Assembly: GCA_964106915.2 (NCBI GenBank) | Contig: OZ066919.1 | DNA length: 64,000 nt | Source of the DNA: Podarcis gaigeae | Lineage: Eukaryota | Strand: one strand, 5' to 3' | Part shown: piece after piece, positions 37,701-50,996 of the stretch | How the letters are laid out: the number at the start of each line of letters is the position of its first letter | How positions within the stretch are numbered: position 1 is the first letter of the stretch | Notes under the pieces: model-generated | What the model was told of the DNA's origin: nothing | What the model saw: only the letters and a program-made list of their open reading frames with translations | The model's database searches: none | Position numbers and translations under genes: made by a program

Positions 37701-40700
37701 GTTACAAATGCATGGACTACAGTGGTCAGGTTGTCCCTATTCAGGAATGGCTGCCTAGTCGTACTCCTGAACTGCTTCTGCAGGACATACATTTTGAAAA
37801 GACACCACTCCCTCCACATCTAATCCAGGAGACTTGGTGGCCTGCAGGCCTTTTAAACCAGCCCATTACCCTCTCTTCAGCATCTCTGCTTGCCTGGCAA
37901 CCTTTCCTCTGCCCACTTCCTGCAAAAGAGCCATCTTTGGGAACTGCCACTTTTACCATCACAATCATTGGAGAATGCTGGCTCCTCCAATGTGTGTGAT
38001 GCTGTGTCCACCCACCAGTGCCCCTTCAAGGGCATTGCCAGAAATTAAAATGGCGGCCTCCAAAACCACCTGCTTTTTTCAAAGGGAAGGGCTGGGACTC
38101 AGGGCAAGGCAAAAGTGGTGGGCCCCTTTTGTGGGGATGGGTTCTTGCAGCTGCCTGAGGATGCCTATGCCAGGGCTAGATTACGCCCACTGACGATCTG
38201 CTCTGTGTGGGTGAGATGTACTCAAGAGAACATAGCGTATGGAAGCATGCCGTTACAAAGGAGCACGCTCACATGTTCTTGGGAGTGCGTTTGACCCCTA
38301 CCATAACAATTTCTCTCATATTTACCCCACAGGCTCAAATTCCTCCTGAGAATCTGAGTTCTTTATTACGCTGTGCCTGATGCTATAGTGCACCTGAACA
38401 AGCAGCGCCATCAGCAGCCGGGGGTAGATGTAGAGGGCCACTTCCGAACTTTTGGGCATAGATAACAGCTTCGAGAAAGCGCTGGCAGCCTGAGGAAGAG
38501 GGAGAGGGAGAGGGAGAGAGAGACTGTGGTAAGATCTTTTCTCTGCAGAGCTCATTTATGTTTCTGGGGGTTGTTACTCCTGAACCACTTATCCTTCCTG
38601 GACTAATTTTAAATGTAAACACCTCTTCCCGAGTCAGGTCAACGGTCTATGCAACCTCTGTATAATTAGGTATATATTATTAGGTATAATAACTGCAATT
38701 GATTTGAAAGCCTAGTTAACAAGGATGTGATTTTGGCAAGAATGGGCACCGCCTGAAAGAAACGCAACCCTAAGCCTATTTATTCACAAGTAGCAGTCAC
38801 TGGATTCAACACTTCTGCAGTAACATCACTGTTCCTTTACAATCTCCCTGCATGGAGAATGCTCCCTGTCGGACACCGCACGGCACATTTGTTTAACGTG
38901 ACTGCTATTCACATGGGTTTACATTTGCTAGGAAGCAGCAATGAATGTACATGCTAGAAAATACCTGGGCATGCAATCACTATGTGATGCGACCTGTATA
39001 GGCTGCACGCTACTTCCTACAAGGGATTTTGTCACATCCAAAGCAGGTCCTGTGCCGAAGGAGTACTGGAACTTGCTTTAGGAACAGAAGAAGCTGCCTT
39101 CTGCTGAGTGGACCATCGGTCCATCTAGCTCAGTATAGCATACACTGACTGGCAGCAGCTCTCCAGGCCTTCAGGTAGGGTTCTCTCCCAACCCAACCTG
39201 AAGATGCTGTGGATTGAACTTGGAACCTTTTGCAGGCAAGGCGGATGATCTACCACTGAGCTATGCCCCTCCTTCCTTCTCTCTAGGGAGCTCATTTGCA
39301 AAAACCATCCAGACAAGTTGGAACAATTCCTTACAGCCAGAGGTGTGATATAGTTTCCCGTGACCTTTGGGCTCAGCTGCAGCTTTTTCAGCAGTACATT
39401 CACAAGGAGAGTTAGGTCATCATTCGAACATGTTTTGGTCAACACATGCCACATCTCAGAAGCATACCTGCAAGTTCAGGGGAGGGAAACAGAAACATTT
39501 CAGGTTGTATACCCACAACCATGTCAGTTGCCCCGCCCCAACTGTTCTGAGTGCATAAATCAGAGATGGGGAAGTTGTAGTCCTCCAGATGTTGATGGGA
39601 CTTCAGCTCCCATCTGCCCCCATCCAGCGTAGCCAAGGGACAGGGATGCTGGGAGCTGCAGTCCAGCAACATCTGGAGGACCACAGCTCCCCCAACCCTG
39701 GCATAAATGAAGACTTCGAAGAGTCCACAGAGAGCAACAATGGCTGCAGTGGTGGGATCAAAAGTATACCATGGAAACCAATCCACCAGGAAGGATACAT
39801 TATGCTTAAGTGACTGAGGTACAATACCGTTATTCAGACCAATAGAAATTATTGATTGGTCCTCAAAGGGAAACATTCACAGAGATGTGGCATGCGAGAG
39901 GAAAGTCCCAATCTGCACTTTGTAAAATGGCGAGGAGGAGGTGTTCTGCAGACTTGGGGGCCAAACTAGATGTGACCCCTGAGGCGTGTGAATGCATCTC
40001 TGTTGCTTTACTTCCCCCTCTGCCCTCAAATAACAGCCATGCCTCTTTAGCATCAGAATTCCCTTGTTCTATTTCACCTCAATCCAGAGCCTTCCTACAT
40101 TTCCATAACCACACCAGGCTTCTGCTCCAACCCTCCTAAATCCAGGAGCTGTTTGCTTTTTCCGTATGGGAACTGGTTGTGAAGGATGACCACGGGAGGC
40201 CATTCCGGTTCCCACTCTCTCCTTGCGGGAAAAGGTGGCACTCATAAGAATCTTCCCTGCTGGCTTTAGGTATTTTCTGATTTGTATTTCCTGGAGCACT
40301 GAGGCCTGATTGCAGGTGGGAGAGAATGGGAACCCGTGTTCCCATGTTGCCCACCCCCCACCCCAAGGTGTCCAGGGATTGAAGGCTGATCCAGCAGGGC
40401 TAAGCATCATTGAACTATGTACCTGTCAATTGGTAAAGGGCACTGGAGAAGGGCATTGCATACTTCTGCCATGTAGGTATGAGCCAGCTGCACCAGGACC
40501 CCCATCATTATTTGCCTGTCCTGGTACTGGTAAATGGAACCAAGCTGCTGGTAGATCTTATCCACAATTTCCGGCACCTTGAAAGAAACAAGCATGCTTC
40601 AGTTAAATGCCCTGCTAGAGGGAAGCAGCGCTGGGGCAGGGACCACACCACAAGGTACAAACCAGAGCCCTCAAAGAGCGGAAAGCAAACATATATTTAA

Positions 40701-43700
40701 AGTATGTCACCCAAAGCATCCTGGGAACTGTAGCTTTGTCGGGGTAAACTGCAGTTCCCAGGAATATTTGAGGGAAGCCACGTGCTTTAAATGTGTGGTA
40801 TGGATGCGATCCCCTGTTTTCATGGCCAAGCAACAAATCATTAAGATATTGATTATTTAGGGTATTTAAGATATTTATTATTGTTGTACTTTCACTGCTA
40901 GGGAGGGGGAGAAGTGCCTGTGGGATTTTCCGTCTTAAGTGCCAAAATAATGTGACTGGACTTAGGCTGGGGAGACTATTTGCTCAGTCAGCAAAACATC
41001 TGAGGCTGGTCCTGGAGGTGAGAAGGCGCAACGATCCCCTGCTCTGGTCATTTGGGTTCTCCCGAAGTTGGATGGCCATCTGTCATGGATGCTTCAGCTG
41101 AGATTCCTGCATTGCGGGGTGTTGGACTTGATGACCCTTGGGGTCCCTTCCCAGTCTGCAATTCTATGGTACAGGGAGCACGTGTCAGCTCATCAATAAT
41201 TAGGCAATGACGCAGGAAAACATCCTGTGAGCACTGACAGAGCCTTGCCAAGACCATTAATGGTCCTTCACCACAGATAAACTGTAAATGGGTTTTATGG
41301 TTTATCTCAGGGTATAAAATGGAAATGGTGGCTCTCCAGAAGCCGCCTCTGTCACTGCTGGGGTCTCTGCAGGCTCCAAACATCTCCTACCTGCTCATGT
41401 AACCTGTGCATGTATCGCTGCAGGATTACAGATGTGATGTCACGTGATGCCGCAGTGGTGCTCCTATTGGCTTCCTTTAGACAGTCTATAGCGGTCAACA
41501 AAAGCTCTGTGATCTGTAGGGCTGTGAGGTACGGCAGAAATTCCTAAGAGAGGAGACACAGAGCAGCACTTTGTGGTAGGGGAAGCAGCTGAGAGGACAA
41601 CAGCAAGGCAAGCTCAACTGGCATGGCTTCCTTGTTCTAAGAGACCTTTGCAGGAAAGAATTTAAGGCTCTGTGGAGGAGCCCGTTCCTCTGCCACTTCA
41701 CTTGGAAGTTAAATTCAACCAGCTACTCTGGAATTTGCTCCCAAGTAAAGGTGTACAGATTCGAAACCTGATGTTCTCAGCTTTTCATCTTACAGAGTTC
41801 TTCTAGCTCAGTACTGTCTTCACTGACTAAGTCTCCTGGGTTCCAGGCAAAGGATGTTCACAGCCTGGCCTGGAAATCCCATGGACTGAACCTGAGACCT
41901 TTCTTACCCAATGCATGTGCTCTCCCACTGATCTTACAGCTCTTCCACAAGTTTAAATCAGAAAACTGAAAATGGGGGAGATCCCATGCATGCAAGCTCA
42001 GAAGTGCCACACAGTTCAATGGGTCTTTCCCCTCTCAAGGAAGTGCATGTAGAATTGCAGCACTGATGACCTATGATCTGAAAGTGGAAATCTTTGCCTC
42101 AAAACTCCCTACAAAGATGTAGTAATAATTATGGTTCCACCCCTACCTTACACCCTATCAGACTAAGTTACGATGGCCTCTGCAGTTTGCATATCCTCTG
42201 TGTTGCATCATATCCAGCACTGAACAATTACCTGAATAATATGGGTGATATTTTGATGAGACGTAGTAGGGTCATAGGAACCCAGAATCTCTTCATACAG
42301 TTGGATCTCTTCTGTTTCCAGGGAGTCACTTTTGTTTTCGAAGCCTAACGAGAAAAAGAGTGACTTTAAAGTTTCTCCAAGCGGAGAGTTTGCTCTCAGG
42401 CTGCTGTGTGGGTGTCTGGAATTCGGAAAAAAGGGAGAGAAGGAGCCAGAATGGTTGGCTAATGACACATACTGTTCCAGCCACATCTTTTGTTAGGGAA
42501 ATTGCAGGAAAATGGCACAGAATGGCCAACAAACACTTTGGGACTCACCCACAGCTAAGGTGGGTCTTGGGTTCAGTGTATGACAGCAACAACAGAAGTG
42601 TGTTTTGAAACAGGAAAGGAAGGCAGAAAGACACAATCTGCCCCCCCAGGAAGCCACTATTTTGCAGGTGAGAATCAACTGCATGCCAACTAATTAAAGT
42701 TGTGAAGGTTGTTTATTTAGATGATAGGCATACGGCTCATTGTACAAGCCACAACACAGTTAAGTAACTAGAACAAAATAAGCTGTTTGCCTCCTCCAAT
42801 GCTCCACTTGAACGTTTGCAAATAAAGCAAATATTACAGAAATGGCATATATCTCTCAGCGTCTCTTCTCCAAAAGGAAGTCAAAGCCTGGATAGCATTG
42901 CCCCTGGAACCTGGAGATGTGGGGATGCATAACAATAACCTGGGTCACCCTGCCCCATTCCAAAATCCTCATTTATTCCCAAATTAGCTCTGGAAACTGC
43001 AGAGCGGGTATCCTGCTGCAACTGAGATGTGACACCCATGATTTGGCACTGAGCTATAGATCAAGAATATCTTCTCCACCAGGGACCTCTCTCAAAGTCC
43101 CACTTTGTAGCTACGTTAGGCAGGATCTTCCCCAGCTTCTGCACAGTGAGGACTACAGGGGTTGTCAGCACAAAAGCCAACGCACTATGGCAGAGACAAA
43201 AGGAGCATCAAGGGCAAACGGACCAGTGTCTGCAGAACAGCTAACTAAATAAAAACACTCTTTGCTGTTGCACAAAATGGACATGTCTCTCCAGATTTTT
43301 GGAACCCGCTAACAATGATGCAATGCATCAAATTAATAGTCTTCTGCTGTGGATTTTTCCAGAATTCCAGAATACTTCTTTCCACATGAAATAATAGAAA
43401 GTTGTTTTGAAAACTTTAAGTGGGTTTTAAGTTGGTGTGCGATTATTCAGCTGCAAAGCTGAAGGAAAGCACACACTGGCTTCTGATACCATTGAGAGGC
43501 TGCACCTCCTGCCTCACAACAAGAACATTGCAGCAATGGGAAGACCAATCTGGCTCCACCCATTGGCTAGTGAAGGTTCCTTCTCCCTCCCCATTCCTTA
43601 TGTCTAATAGATTGCAAACTTGTGGTCAGAGACAATCTTGCCTTTTGATATATGTGCAGTGCTTAGAAAATAGGCACCTTATAATAACAGTATTCCTATA

Positions 43701-46700
43701 GTTATTTGTCTGCATGTGTGTGCAGGTGTTTTGTCTTTTGCTAATGTGGAGGCCTGGAGTTTCTAACAGGAGGCCTGTTTTTTCTTCTGTGAAATGGGTA
43801 TTATGTGGTGCCAACAACAGTTGATTCTTCTTCTTCTTTATTAAATTGATTAAACACCTTCTCTCACTGCAGGCACTCAAGGCGTCTTGACAAAAAATAT
43901 ATATTTCCAAATGTGCCCTTGGGCCAAAGAAGAAGAAGAAGAAGAAGAAGAAGAAGAAGAAGAAGAAGAAGAAGAAGAAGGGAGAGAATTGGGGATTCCT
44001 GATATAATGCAATACTGCCTTTTCAGTACTGGTCCCGATCTGGTGGAATGCTCTGCCACAAGAGACTAGGGCCCTGTGGGACTTGACATCTTTCCACAGG
44101 GCCTGCAAGACAGAGCTCTTCCTCCTGGCCTTTGGTTTGGACTCAGTCTGACCTTTATGTTTCCCTCCCCTTATGGTCTTGATTTATCGGCTACTTTAAA
44201 ATGAGGGTGCATTTTAAATTGCATTTTAACCTGTATTTTAAATTGCCCCCCCCCCCATTATGTTTTTACTGTGATTTTATTGTGTGTTAGCCGCCCTGAG
44301 CCTGGCTCTGGCCGGGGAGGGCGGGGTATAAATATATATTTCTTCTTCTTATTATTATTACCCAGATATAATAAAATACAGGACATGAGAAGAGAGTGTC
44401 AAGGGCAACAAGCAAATGGCTGCCAAATAAAGTACAGTCTACTACTTCTATATAGATGCACAGTTTGGATACTGGAGTTTTCACAGCTCCTATCTTACCC
44501 TTTTGGCGCAGCATAAGCGAGTACAGGAAATACATGCCTTCCATAGCCTGCTCACCAATTTCCTCTTGGGGGTCATTGAGACGCAGACACAGCTGACCAA
44601 TCAGACGCCCAAGCTTAGGACATCCATCAGGTGATACCTGAATGGGGAAATTGAGAGTGCTGTCTTTTGACACAGAGGGGAAGAGAAGGAATCTTTGTGG
44701 TTCTTGAATGAAAAAAGTTCCCCTGTTTGGATGAACTGATGTTTGGAATTATATTGTTTTTTTCTGATGAGCCTTGTACCCTGTTCCTTGTACTTTGTAC
44801 TCTCCTCACACAAGGAGAGGGAGACAGGGCCACCATGCTAGCTGCCTCTACTGGCTCCACCATGCCTCCAACAGACAGCTCTGCCACCCCTCCACAGACA
44901 GGAGAGCAAACAACTGCAGCAGGAAGTCTGCTGCACTCTTAATGAGAACAAGCCTTGCATGATCAGGGGGTTCTGAGTCATGAGGGAAGCCTCCACAGAG
45001 ACAATAGGCTTTGTGCTGCAGACACTGCAGAGTGCCAATGTGTTTTTGTGGTTAGAGTGTTGGACTAAGAACTGGGAGACCCGGGTTCTAGTCCCCACTC
45101 GACCACAAAGCTTGATCTTGATTATGAGCCTAACCTACCTCACAGGATAAAATGGGGGGGGGGGGGGGAGAAACTATGTACACCAACTGAAGTTCCTTAC
45201 AGAAAAGGTGGGATATAAGTGTAATAATAATTATATTTATCTGATTCCATTTTATATCCAAACAGCTTCACAGTAAAAACCATAAACAATGAAAAACAAT
45301 AGATAAAGGCAGTTTTAAAACAATTTCAAATCTGATTCAGATAGAACTGGGGTACAGACCTCCACTTAAAAGGCTTGTTAAAGAAAAAAGGTCTTCCATA
45401 GGTCCCTGTGTGATATCTAGTGGAAGGGAGTTCCAGTGGTTGGGTGCCACCAAACTCAGGGCCCAATTCCTATATCATGTGGAATGGGCTTCCTGATGAG
45501 AAGGCATGTGCAGAAGGCTCTCTCCCTGTATATATAGAGAGTGAGATGATCTTTTAGATCAACTGGTCCCAAGTTGTACAGCTGTCTATGGTCTTACTTT
45601 TGCCCTCCCATGTTGCGTAGGGGTGGCAAGGCTGGGCAATGGGGATGTGGCGGAGGTGCTGGCTAGCTCTCCCACAGTGATCCTAATTGAGCGTGGGGCA
45701 GAACACCTTCACAGGGTTTAGATTCATACCCATTATCAGTTTGTAGCAGCCATACTGTGAAAAGGCTATGGCTCATGGCTGTAGCATGGTTTTTGCAGGA
45801 TATAAGGGATTCAAGCTATAATAGGCCAGTTTTGTCTCTAATAGACCATTTGGATATTAGAAAATGTCTTGTTCATTTGCTTCTGGCCATCCCAGACTCT
45901 AGTCACTAATTCCCCACCCCCTTTTTCAATAGAAGAATAGTGATGCAGAAATAAAGCACCAGATTACAGTGAGTACCAGTCCCTAAACTTGCTAGCACAG
46001 TCAAGAGAAGAGACATAGGGTTGCTCTTTTGTTTGGTGTGTGCATCCCTTGAACCCATCCTAGGCCCCTCTAACCTTTTCACAGTCTCTATCCACTCACT
46101 TCAGAGCACAAGAGGAATGCAATATTCACACTACAGAGCCATTCACATCTATCTACCTCCATTTTCTGTCTTAAACATTTGCAGGTCTCACAAGACCCAT
46201 TGCCCAGTCGCCTCAAGCCAGAGGGCAGAACTCACATGAAACGTGGGGCAGGTGGCTGCAAATTTTAACAGGGATACATAGGTGTTCGTTGCTCTTGCCC
46301 GCTCATGTGCTTGTCCTGATATCATCCAGGGCATCAAATGCTGTAAGGGTAGTGGGAGCAAACTGTTAGCAACTGTATAAGAAGAGAAAGTGCATACTAT
46401 TGTAATTCTTCAAAGTCATGCTTTTGTCTTTCAGAAAGGAACCCAGGAAGCTGCCTTATTCCAAGTCCAGCCATCATTTCATTAAGCTCGCTATTGGCTA
46501 CGCTAGGGTTTCCCAAACTTGTGTCGCCAGCTGTTTTTGGACTACAACTCCCATCATCCATAGGTAGCAAGACTAGTGGTCAGGGATGATGGGAACTGTA
46601 GTCCAAAACAGCTGGAGACCCAAGTTTGGGAAAACCTGGGTGGGGAACTTCAGGCATAGACCCTTCAGGTTGCTCTCTCAAAGCTGTCAAAACCTCACAG

Positions 46701-49700
46701 AGAGGAAGTAAGCTAGGTTACTTCCTCCCTCATTTCCCCTCCCACCCTGACACTTTTCCTGGTTTCCAAAGATTAAAGAACATGGGGAAAGGGCACTTCC
46801 TGTGTTACTTCCCAATGTCAAGGAAATCCAAATTCCACTTTTGGTGCTTTCCTTTCGGTCTTTAAAGTTCTGAATAATGTCATGATAAGTACTGTCAACA
46901 ATCTTATAGCTTGCTGTCTGGCCTCTTATTCCTGTTGTTGTAACTCTTCCTGACCAAACTGAAAGGAGCCATTCTGAGTGGACACCTTTGAAAATTAATT
47001 TTAACACCTCCTAAGAAAAACAAAAAACCCCACAAGTAGATTTTGGTGAATGAGGCATTTCTCTGCTCCCTGAGCAGCAAATGCCATTTCAGCCAAAGAA
47101 CTGTCTGAGAGAGCGTGGTGTAGCAATTGCACTGTTTGACTATAACAGGCACAAACTGGTTCAAATCTCTACTCAGTCATGAACCTTATTGGGTGATCTT
47201 GGGCCAGTGAGTATCTCTTATTCCACGATGACTCACATGGTTGTTGTGAGGATTGTATTGGCACGAGGAGAACCATATACACCAAGAAAGAAAAGAAAAG
47301 AAAGACTACTTCATGAACCTAGCTATAGGGCATATTCTCATCACTTGTGATTCTTTGAGCCACAAATAGATAACAGGAGCTTACTTCTAAGAGTGTGGCC
47401 AGTTCATCTATGTTTGGTCTTTCTGCTAATAAGCTTTTCAGCATTGATTCTATAGCCTCTAAGGTCTGCTTGTACAATGCCTGAGAAGAAAAAAAAAAGT
47501 TGCATAATATATTACTATAACATTGCAGGTCCCGCTGCCTTGAGCAACACCTTCGGGAGAGGAAAAGGCTAAAGAGTAAACTCTACACAAATCTGGAGTC
47601 AAGTCCCTAAGATGGTTGGATGGCACCCTGTACGCCTCTTTCCAGCAACTTCTGCAGCCACGCTGGTGCCAAACGTATTGCTCTGCTTTCTTTTGGACCA
47701 CTATAAAAGCAACACGGGAGGCAGCAGATTCAAGTTACCAGTCTCTGGGGCCACAGCTGTGTTTCTCCAGCAGTTTGACTTCACCCCTGGAGGTGCACTC
47801 CATTGTCTCTCGAGACAGCTGGATGCCAACAGTGTCCATGAACTGACATAACTAATAAAGCTGTGATTCAAAAGTGAGTGTAACTCTCCCCCATAAGCCC
47901 TATTACAGTGCATACGGGTTGCCTAACAGTGAACAACATGCTCAGTGTATTTCGTCCTACTTTTACCCAAGGATGGGTTAAGATGGTTGGGGGCCCTGGT
48001 GCAGTTCCCAAAATAGGGTCCCCTTCTTACTAAAAAAAGGAATGCATGAAGTAAGGTCCCACAGATAGGTTTTGTGATATCTCAAAGATTAACATGTTCA
48101 TAATGGCATTAGCTTTCTTGAACTACACACAAAAACCCTCTTTCACACTCTCAGCAAACGGCAGGCATATTTTTTTTCTTTTTTGTGAACCATGATAAAC
48201 AAAAACTCATTGTTTTTGCTCACTTCCTGCCCTGGGCCGGTCACCAACCCAGCTTCACCTAGCTCACATGGTCATCGTGAACATATAGGAGGTACAAAAT
48301 GGCTTCAAAAAGGGAACTTAGGGCTTGTTATCATCAACATCAAATTTGGGTTCCTTTAACCAGACTGATGTATCTTTGTTCCACATAGGGTCATGTTTTT
48401 GCTGCCCCCTTCCCCAAATCAGTACAGTTCTTTCTCTTTTCTTTTTAAACCGTATAGATTCAAACAGCAAGATGTTCTTATTTGGGCACATACCGTACCC
48501 TCTCCATAAGCAGTAAATTGGTCATGAGAAATCTTACGTCCCCCCAGACTGGACGCAAAATCTCACCAGCCCCAGCTAGAATAGCCAAAGGCAAGGAATG
48601 ATAGGAGCTACAACCCAGCAAGAGACATCTGGAGGGACACAGTTCCCCCCCCCACCTGCAACAAAGTGAGAAAATACCTGTACGTCAACTTCTTCTTTGC
48701 TCTGACTTTGTAAAGTTTCAACCGAGGGCAAGGCAAAGACGCTGGCAATGCAAGTGCTGAGCAGCTTCTCTTTAGGCCAGTGAGAAGGCTCCACTTGGCT
48801 GAGGAATGGCGGTCGGGGGAGAAGAAACAGAACATTCAATGTACGTTACGATTCTTCCTTACGGAAATGGAGCTTAACACAGAAAAAGTTCAGAGTACTG
48901 AGGAAAGAAAATAAACCATGTCTGAGCTGTGTAGTGCCTACTGGAATGGGCAGGCTACAAAGGGGTAGCCACTGACCAGAATCTGGTGTGAGTATGCCTG
49001 CCTTGAGCCCATGGCTCTGACTGGAATTCAGAACTACCAGGGTCAAGATCAGAGGACTCCATGCTCACCAATGTAGGTCATGTGATTGGTCAGTAGCGCA
49101 ATAAAGCAAGACAATCCCTTCCATATCAACGGAGCTGAGACAGGTTTGGCTTTTCTGTGTAGTTTGTTTCAAATAATTCCACNNNNNNNNNNNNNNNNNN
49201 NNNNNNNNNNNNNNNNNNNNNNNNNNNNNNNNNNNNNNNNNNNNNNNNNNNNNNNNNNNNNNNNNNNNNNNNNNNNNNNNNNNNNNNNNNNNNNNNNNNN
49301 NNNNNNNNNNNNNNNNNNNNNNNNNNNNNNNNNNNNNNNNNNNNGGTAGTCTCTTCCTGATGGCATTATTCAACTCTATTCTTAGCCCTTTTCTTCTGAG
49401 CTTTGCTTCAACATTTAGGTCAGGGAGGATGTTGGGTTGTAGATCCGACATACCTTAGTTCCTGAATGAGAAGCATGCCCTGACAGCGCAAAGCTGTGGA
49501 GCGCGAGTCGATGCTGTCCAGAGGCAGGTCTAAAATCTGTGCCTGTGAAAGAGCAGCAGCAAATTCTGTGAGGAAAAACTCTTCACGTGTTTGCTCTGTT
49601 CACCAAAGTTTCTGCTACAGCTGCACTAATGTGTGATTTCCCCCCGCCCCGCACTGGTCAAACACTTACACCAATTGTACAAGCTATTAAATACACAAAT

Positions 49701-49811
49701 AAAGGATGTGCATTGCATCTGACTCACCATTGTTTGCTCCACCAGCTGCAATTTCTGATTCCCATGCTGATAGTTTTGATTACCGTTCCCACTCATTTTT
49801 GAATCGAATTC
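28722..49811 (-). CDS. MROH7: Maestro HEAT-like repeat protein (MROH7 position); 20 phase-consistent exons (866 aa), 5' end not resolved
   Basis: Exons 49811-49728, 49542-49454, 48798-48678, 47480-47385, 46340-46236, 44637-44499, 42344-42232, 41543-41391, 40577-40423, 39467-39335, 38489-38326, 36866-36729, 36615-36501, 35569-35429, 34406-34242, 32938-32783 (GC donor), 31969-31847, 31057-30955, 30307-30245 and 28966-28722; 2601 nt in frame. MROH-typical motifs include LLSTCIASVFALP, HERARA, LGRLIGQLCLR, YPRLLMALLVQVHY, VRASAICLFG, LVPLLLHL and L..DPDASVC. The gene lies immediately upstream of and co-oriented with TTC4, as human MROH7 does. Confidence 0.85.
33110..33322 (+). mobile_element. SINE/LINE 3' fragment with (CAA)n tail (Squam2/Rex1-like)
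   Basis: cagcagtttgacttcacccctggaggtgcactccattgtctctcgagacag..gatgcc followed by caacaacaa; second copy at 47540-47830. Confidence 0.65.
34439..34672. mobile_element. Tc1/mariner (Tigger-like) MITE
   Basis: Degenerate TIRs cagtcaaacctcggttctc / gaaaactgaagtttcattg-ta; related copy at 37365-37602. Confidence 0.65.
37037..37297. mobile_element. Tc1/mariner-type MITE with an internal perfect hairpin
   Basis: TIRs taccatattttttgctctataagac / gtcttatagagcgaaaaatacggta; 30-bp perfect stem at 37137-37205. Confidence 0.85.
39080..39270 (-). mobile_element. tRNA-derived SINE fragment
   Basis: Minus strand reads aggggcatagctcagtggtaga...aaggttccaagttcaatcc (A and B boxes); similar pieces near 3250-3390, 31700-31800 and 41800-41940. 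Confidence 0.6.
43929..43980. repeat. (GAA)n microsatellite, about 17 units, in MROH7 intron
   Basis: Uninterrupted GAA run. Confidence 0.95.
44015..44335 (+). mobile_element. L2-like LINE 3' end fragment
   Basis: gccttttcagt...tggtggaatgctctgcc...ttagccgccctgagcc...gggcggggtataaat resembles the typical squamate L2 3' terminus. Confidence 0.6.
45040..45230 (+). mobile_element. tRNA-derived SINE (Squam3/MIR-like)
   Basis: gtggttagagtgttggactaagaactgggagacccgggttctagtccccactc head; similar copies near 36905 and 47110. Confidence 0.55.
46503..46640. mobile_element. Palindromic hAT-type MITE
   Basis: Long inverted repeat gggtttcccaaacttg...ggactacaactcccatcatcc / ggatgatgggaactgtagtcc...caagtttgggaaaacc. 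Confidence 0.75.
49183..49344. other. Assembly gap (162 N) inside an MROH7 intron
   Basis: Run of N. Confidence 1.
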
Positions 49812-50018
49812 CTGAGAACCCATATGAGACTAGCAAGGAAAGGGTGTAAGATTTTAATAGCACTTTCACATATGACCGTATTTGTTCAGAACCAGTTTCC
49901 AGTTGCATCATAACATGTGAAAGGAGGGCAACAGAATGCTGACTGGCATGAGTCATTCTGTTGATTGCCTGGTATTCTCTGCTTTAACACAGAAAACACA
50001 CATTGAAAATCAAGCCAG

Positions 50019-50386
50019 TAAGGTAGAGGACCCCTGGACGGTTAAGTCCAGTCAAAAGTGACTATGGGGTTGCGGCGCTCATCTCGCTTTCAGGCCGAGA
50101 GAGCTGGCATTTGTCCACAGACAATTTTCCGGGTCGTGTGGTCAACATGACTAAACCACTTCTGGCACTACGGAACACCATGACAGAAGCCAGAGAGCAC
50201 GTTTACCTTCACGCTGCAGTGGTACCTATTTATCTACTTGCACTGGCATACTTTTGAACTGCTAGGTTGGCAGGAGCGGGGACAGAGCAACGGGAGCTCC
50301 CTCCCTTATGGTCATTCAAACCACCAACCTTCCGATCAGCAAGCCCAAGAGGCTCAGTGGTTTAGACCACAGTGCCACCCGTGTCC
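50019..50386 (-). mobile_element. Sauria SINE, diverged
   Basis: Reverse-complement homology to 28042-28387. Confidence 0.85.
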
Positions 50387-50996
50387 CCATCCAGCCAGTA
50401 CTGGGATACAGGAAGGGAGCAATACCTTTTTCGTGGAAAGCTGCTTACTAATACTTAGAACATAATAATCAGAAATCAGTACTATCTCTGCTTCCTCTAT
50501 TTCCATCACTCACAATCAGTTCACTTTCCCTTAGTCTTCCCTGAACAATGTGCAAAAAAGTAATCCCTATGATTATACAAGGGCCAGGTCATCTGAATGG
50601 GAAAGGGAAGACTAAGTTCTAAGAGCTCATGTCACCATAGTAAAAAAAAAGAGGAATATTTTTATTCTGCAAGACTTTGAAGTCAGCAAATGATCTGTGA
50701 GCTAACATGGAAGGTGAGTCTGTGACTGGGATGGGCCCATGAGAAGAGAGACCCTCATTATACTGGTATAGTCTGATCTCCTCCGTTAGCACCTTACCCC
50801 AAATTGAAAATATCTACTATTTACTAAAACTTTATGCCTTCCAAAGTTGAGCTTTTGCACTGAAATAAGTTCTGAATGTATCTAATATTAAGGTTCAGGT
50901 ATATGCAGAATATTGCAGGTGTGTATTTACTGTTGAGAGGAAAGTGCAGGGAAGGGCAATGTTAGAGTTAGCAGAGTATTAGGAACAGGTTCCTAC

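Noticed and set aside
43626-44108. ORFs with poly-F, poly-S or poly-E
   Set aside because: Translations of the (GAA)n microsatellite and an adjacent L2 fragment
49065-49451. ORFs spanning the N run
   Set aside because: Artefacts of the assembly gap
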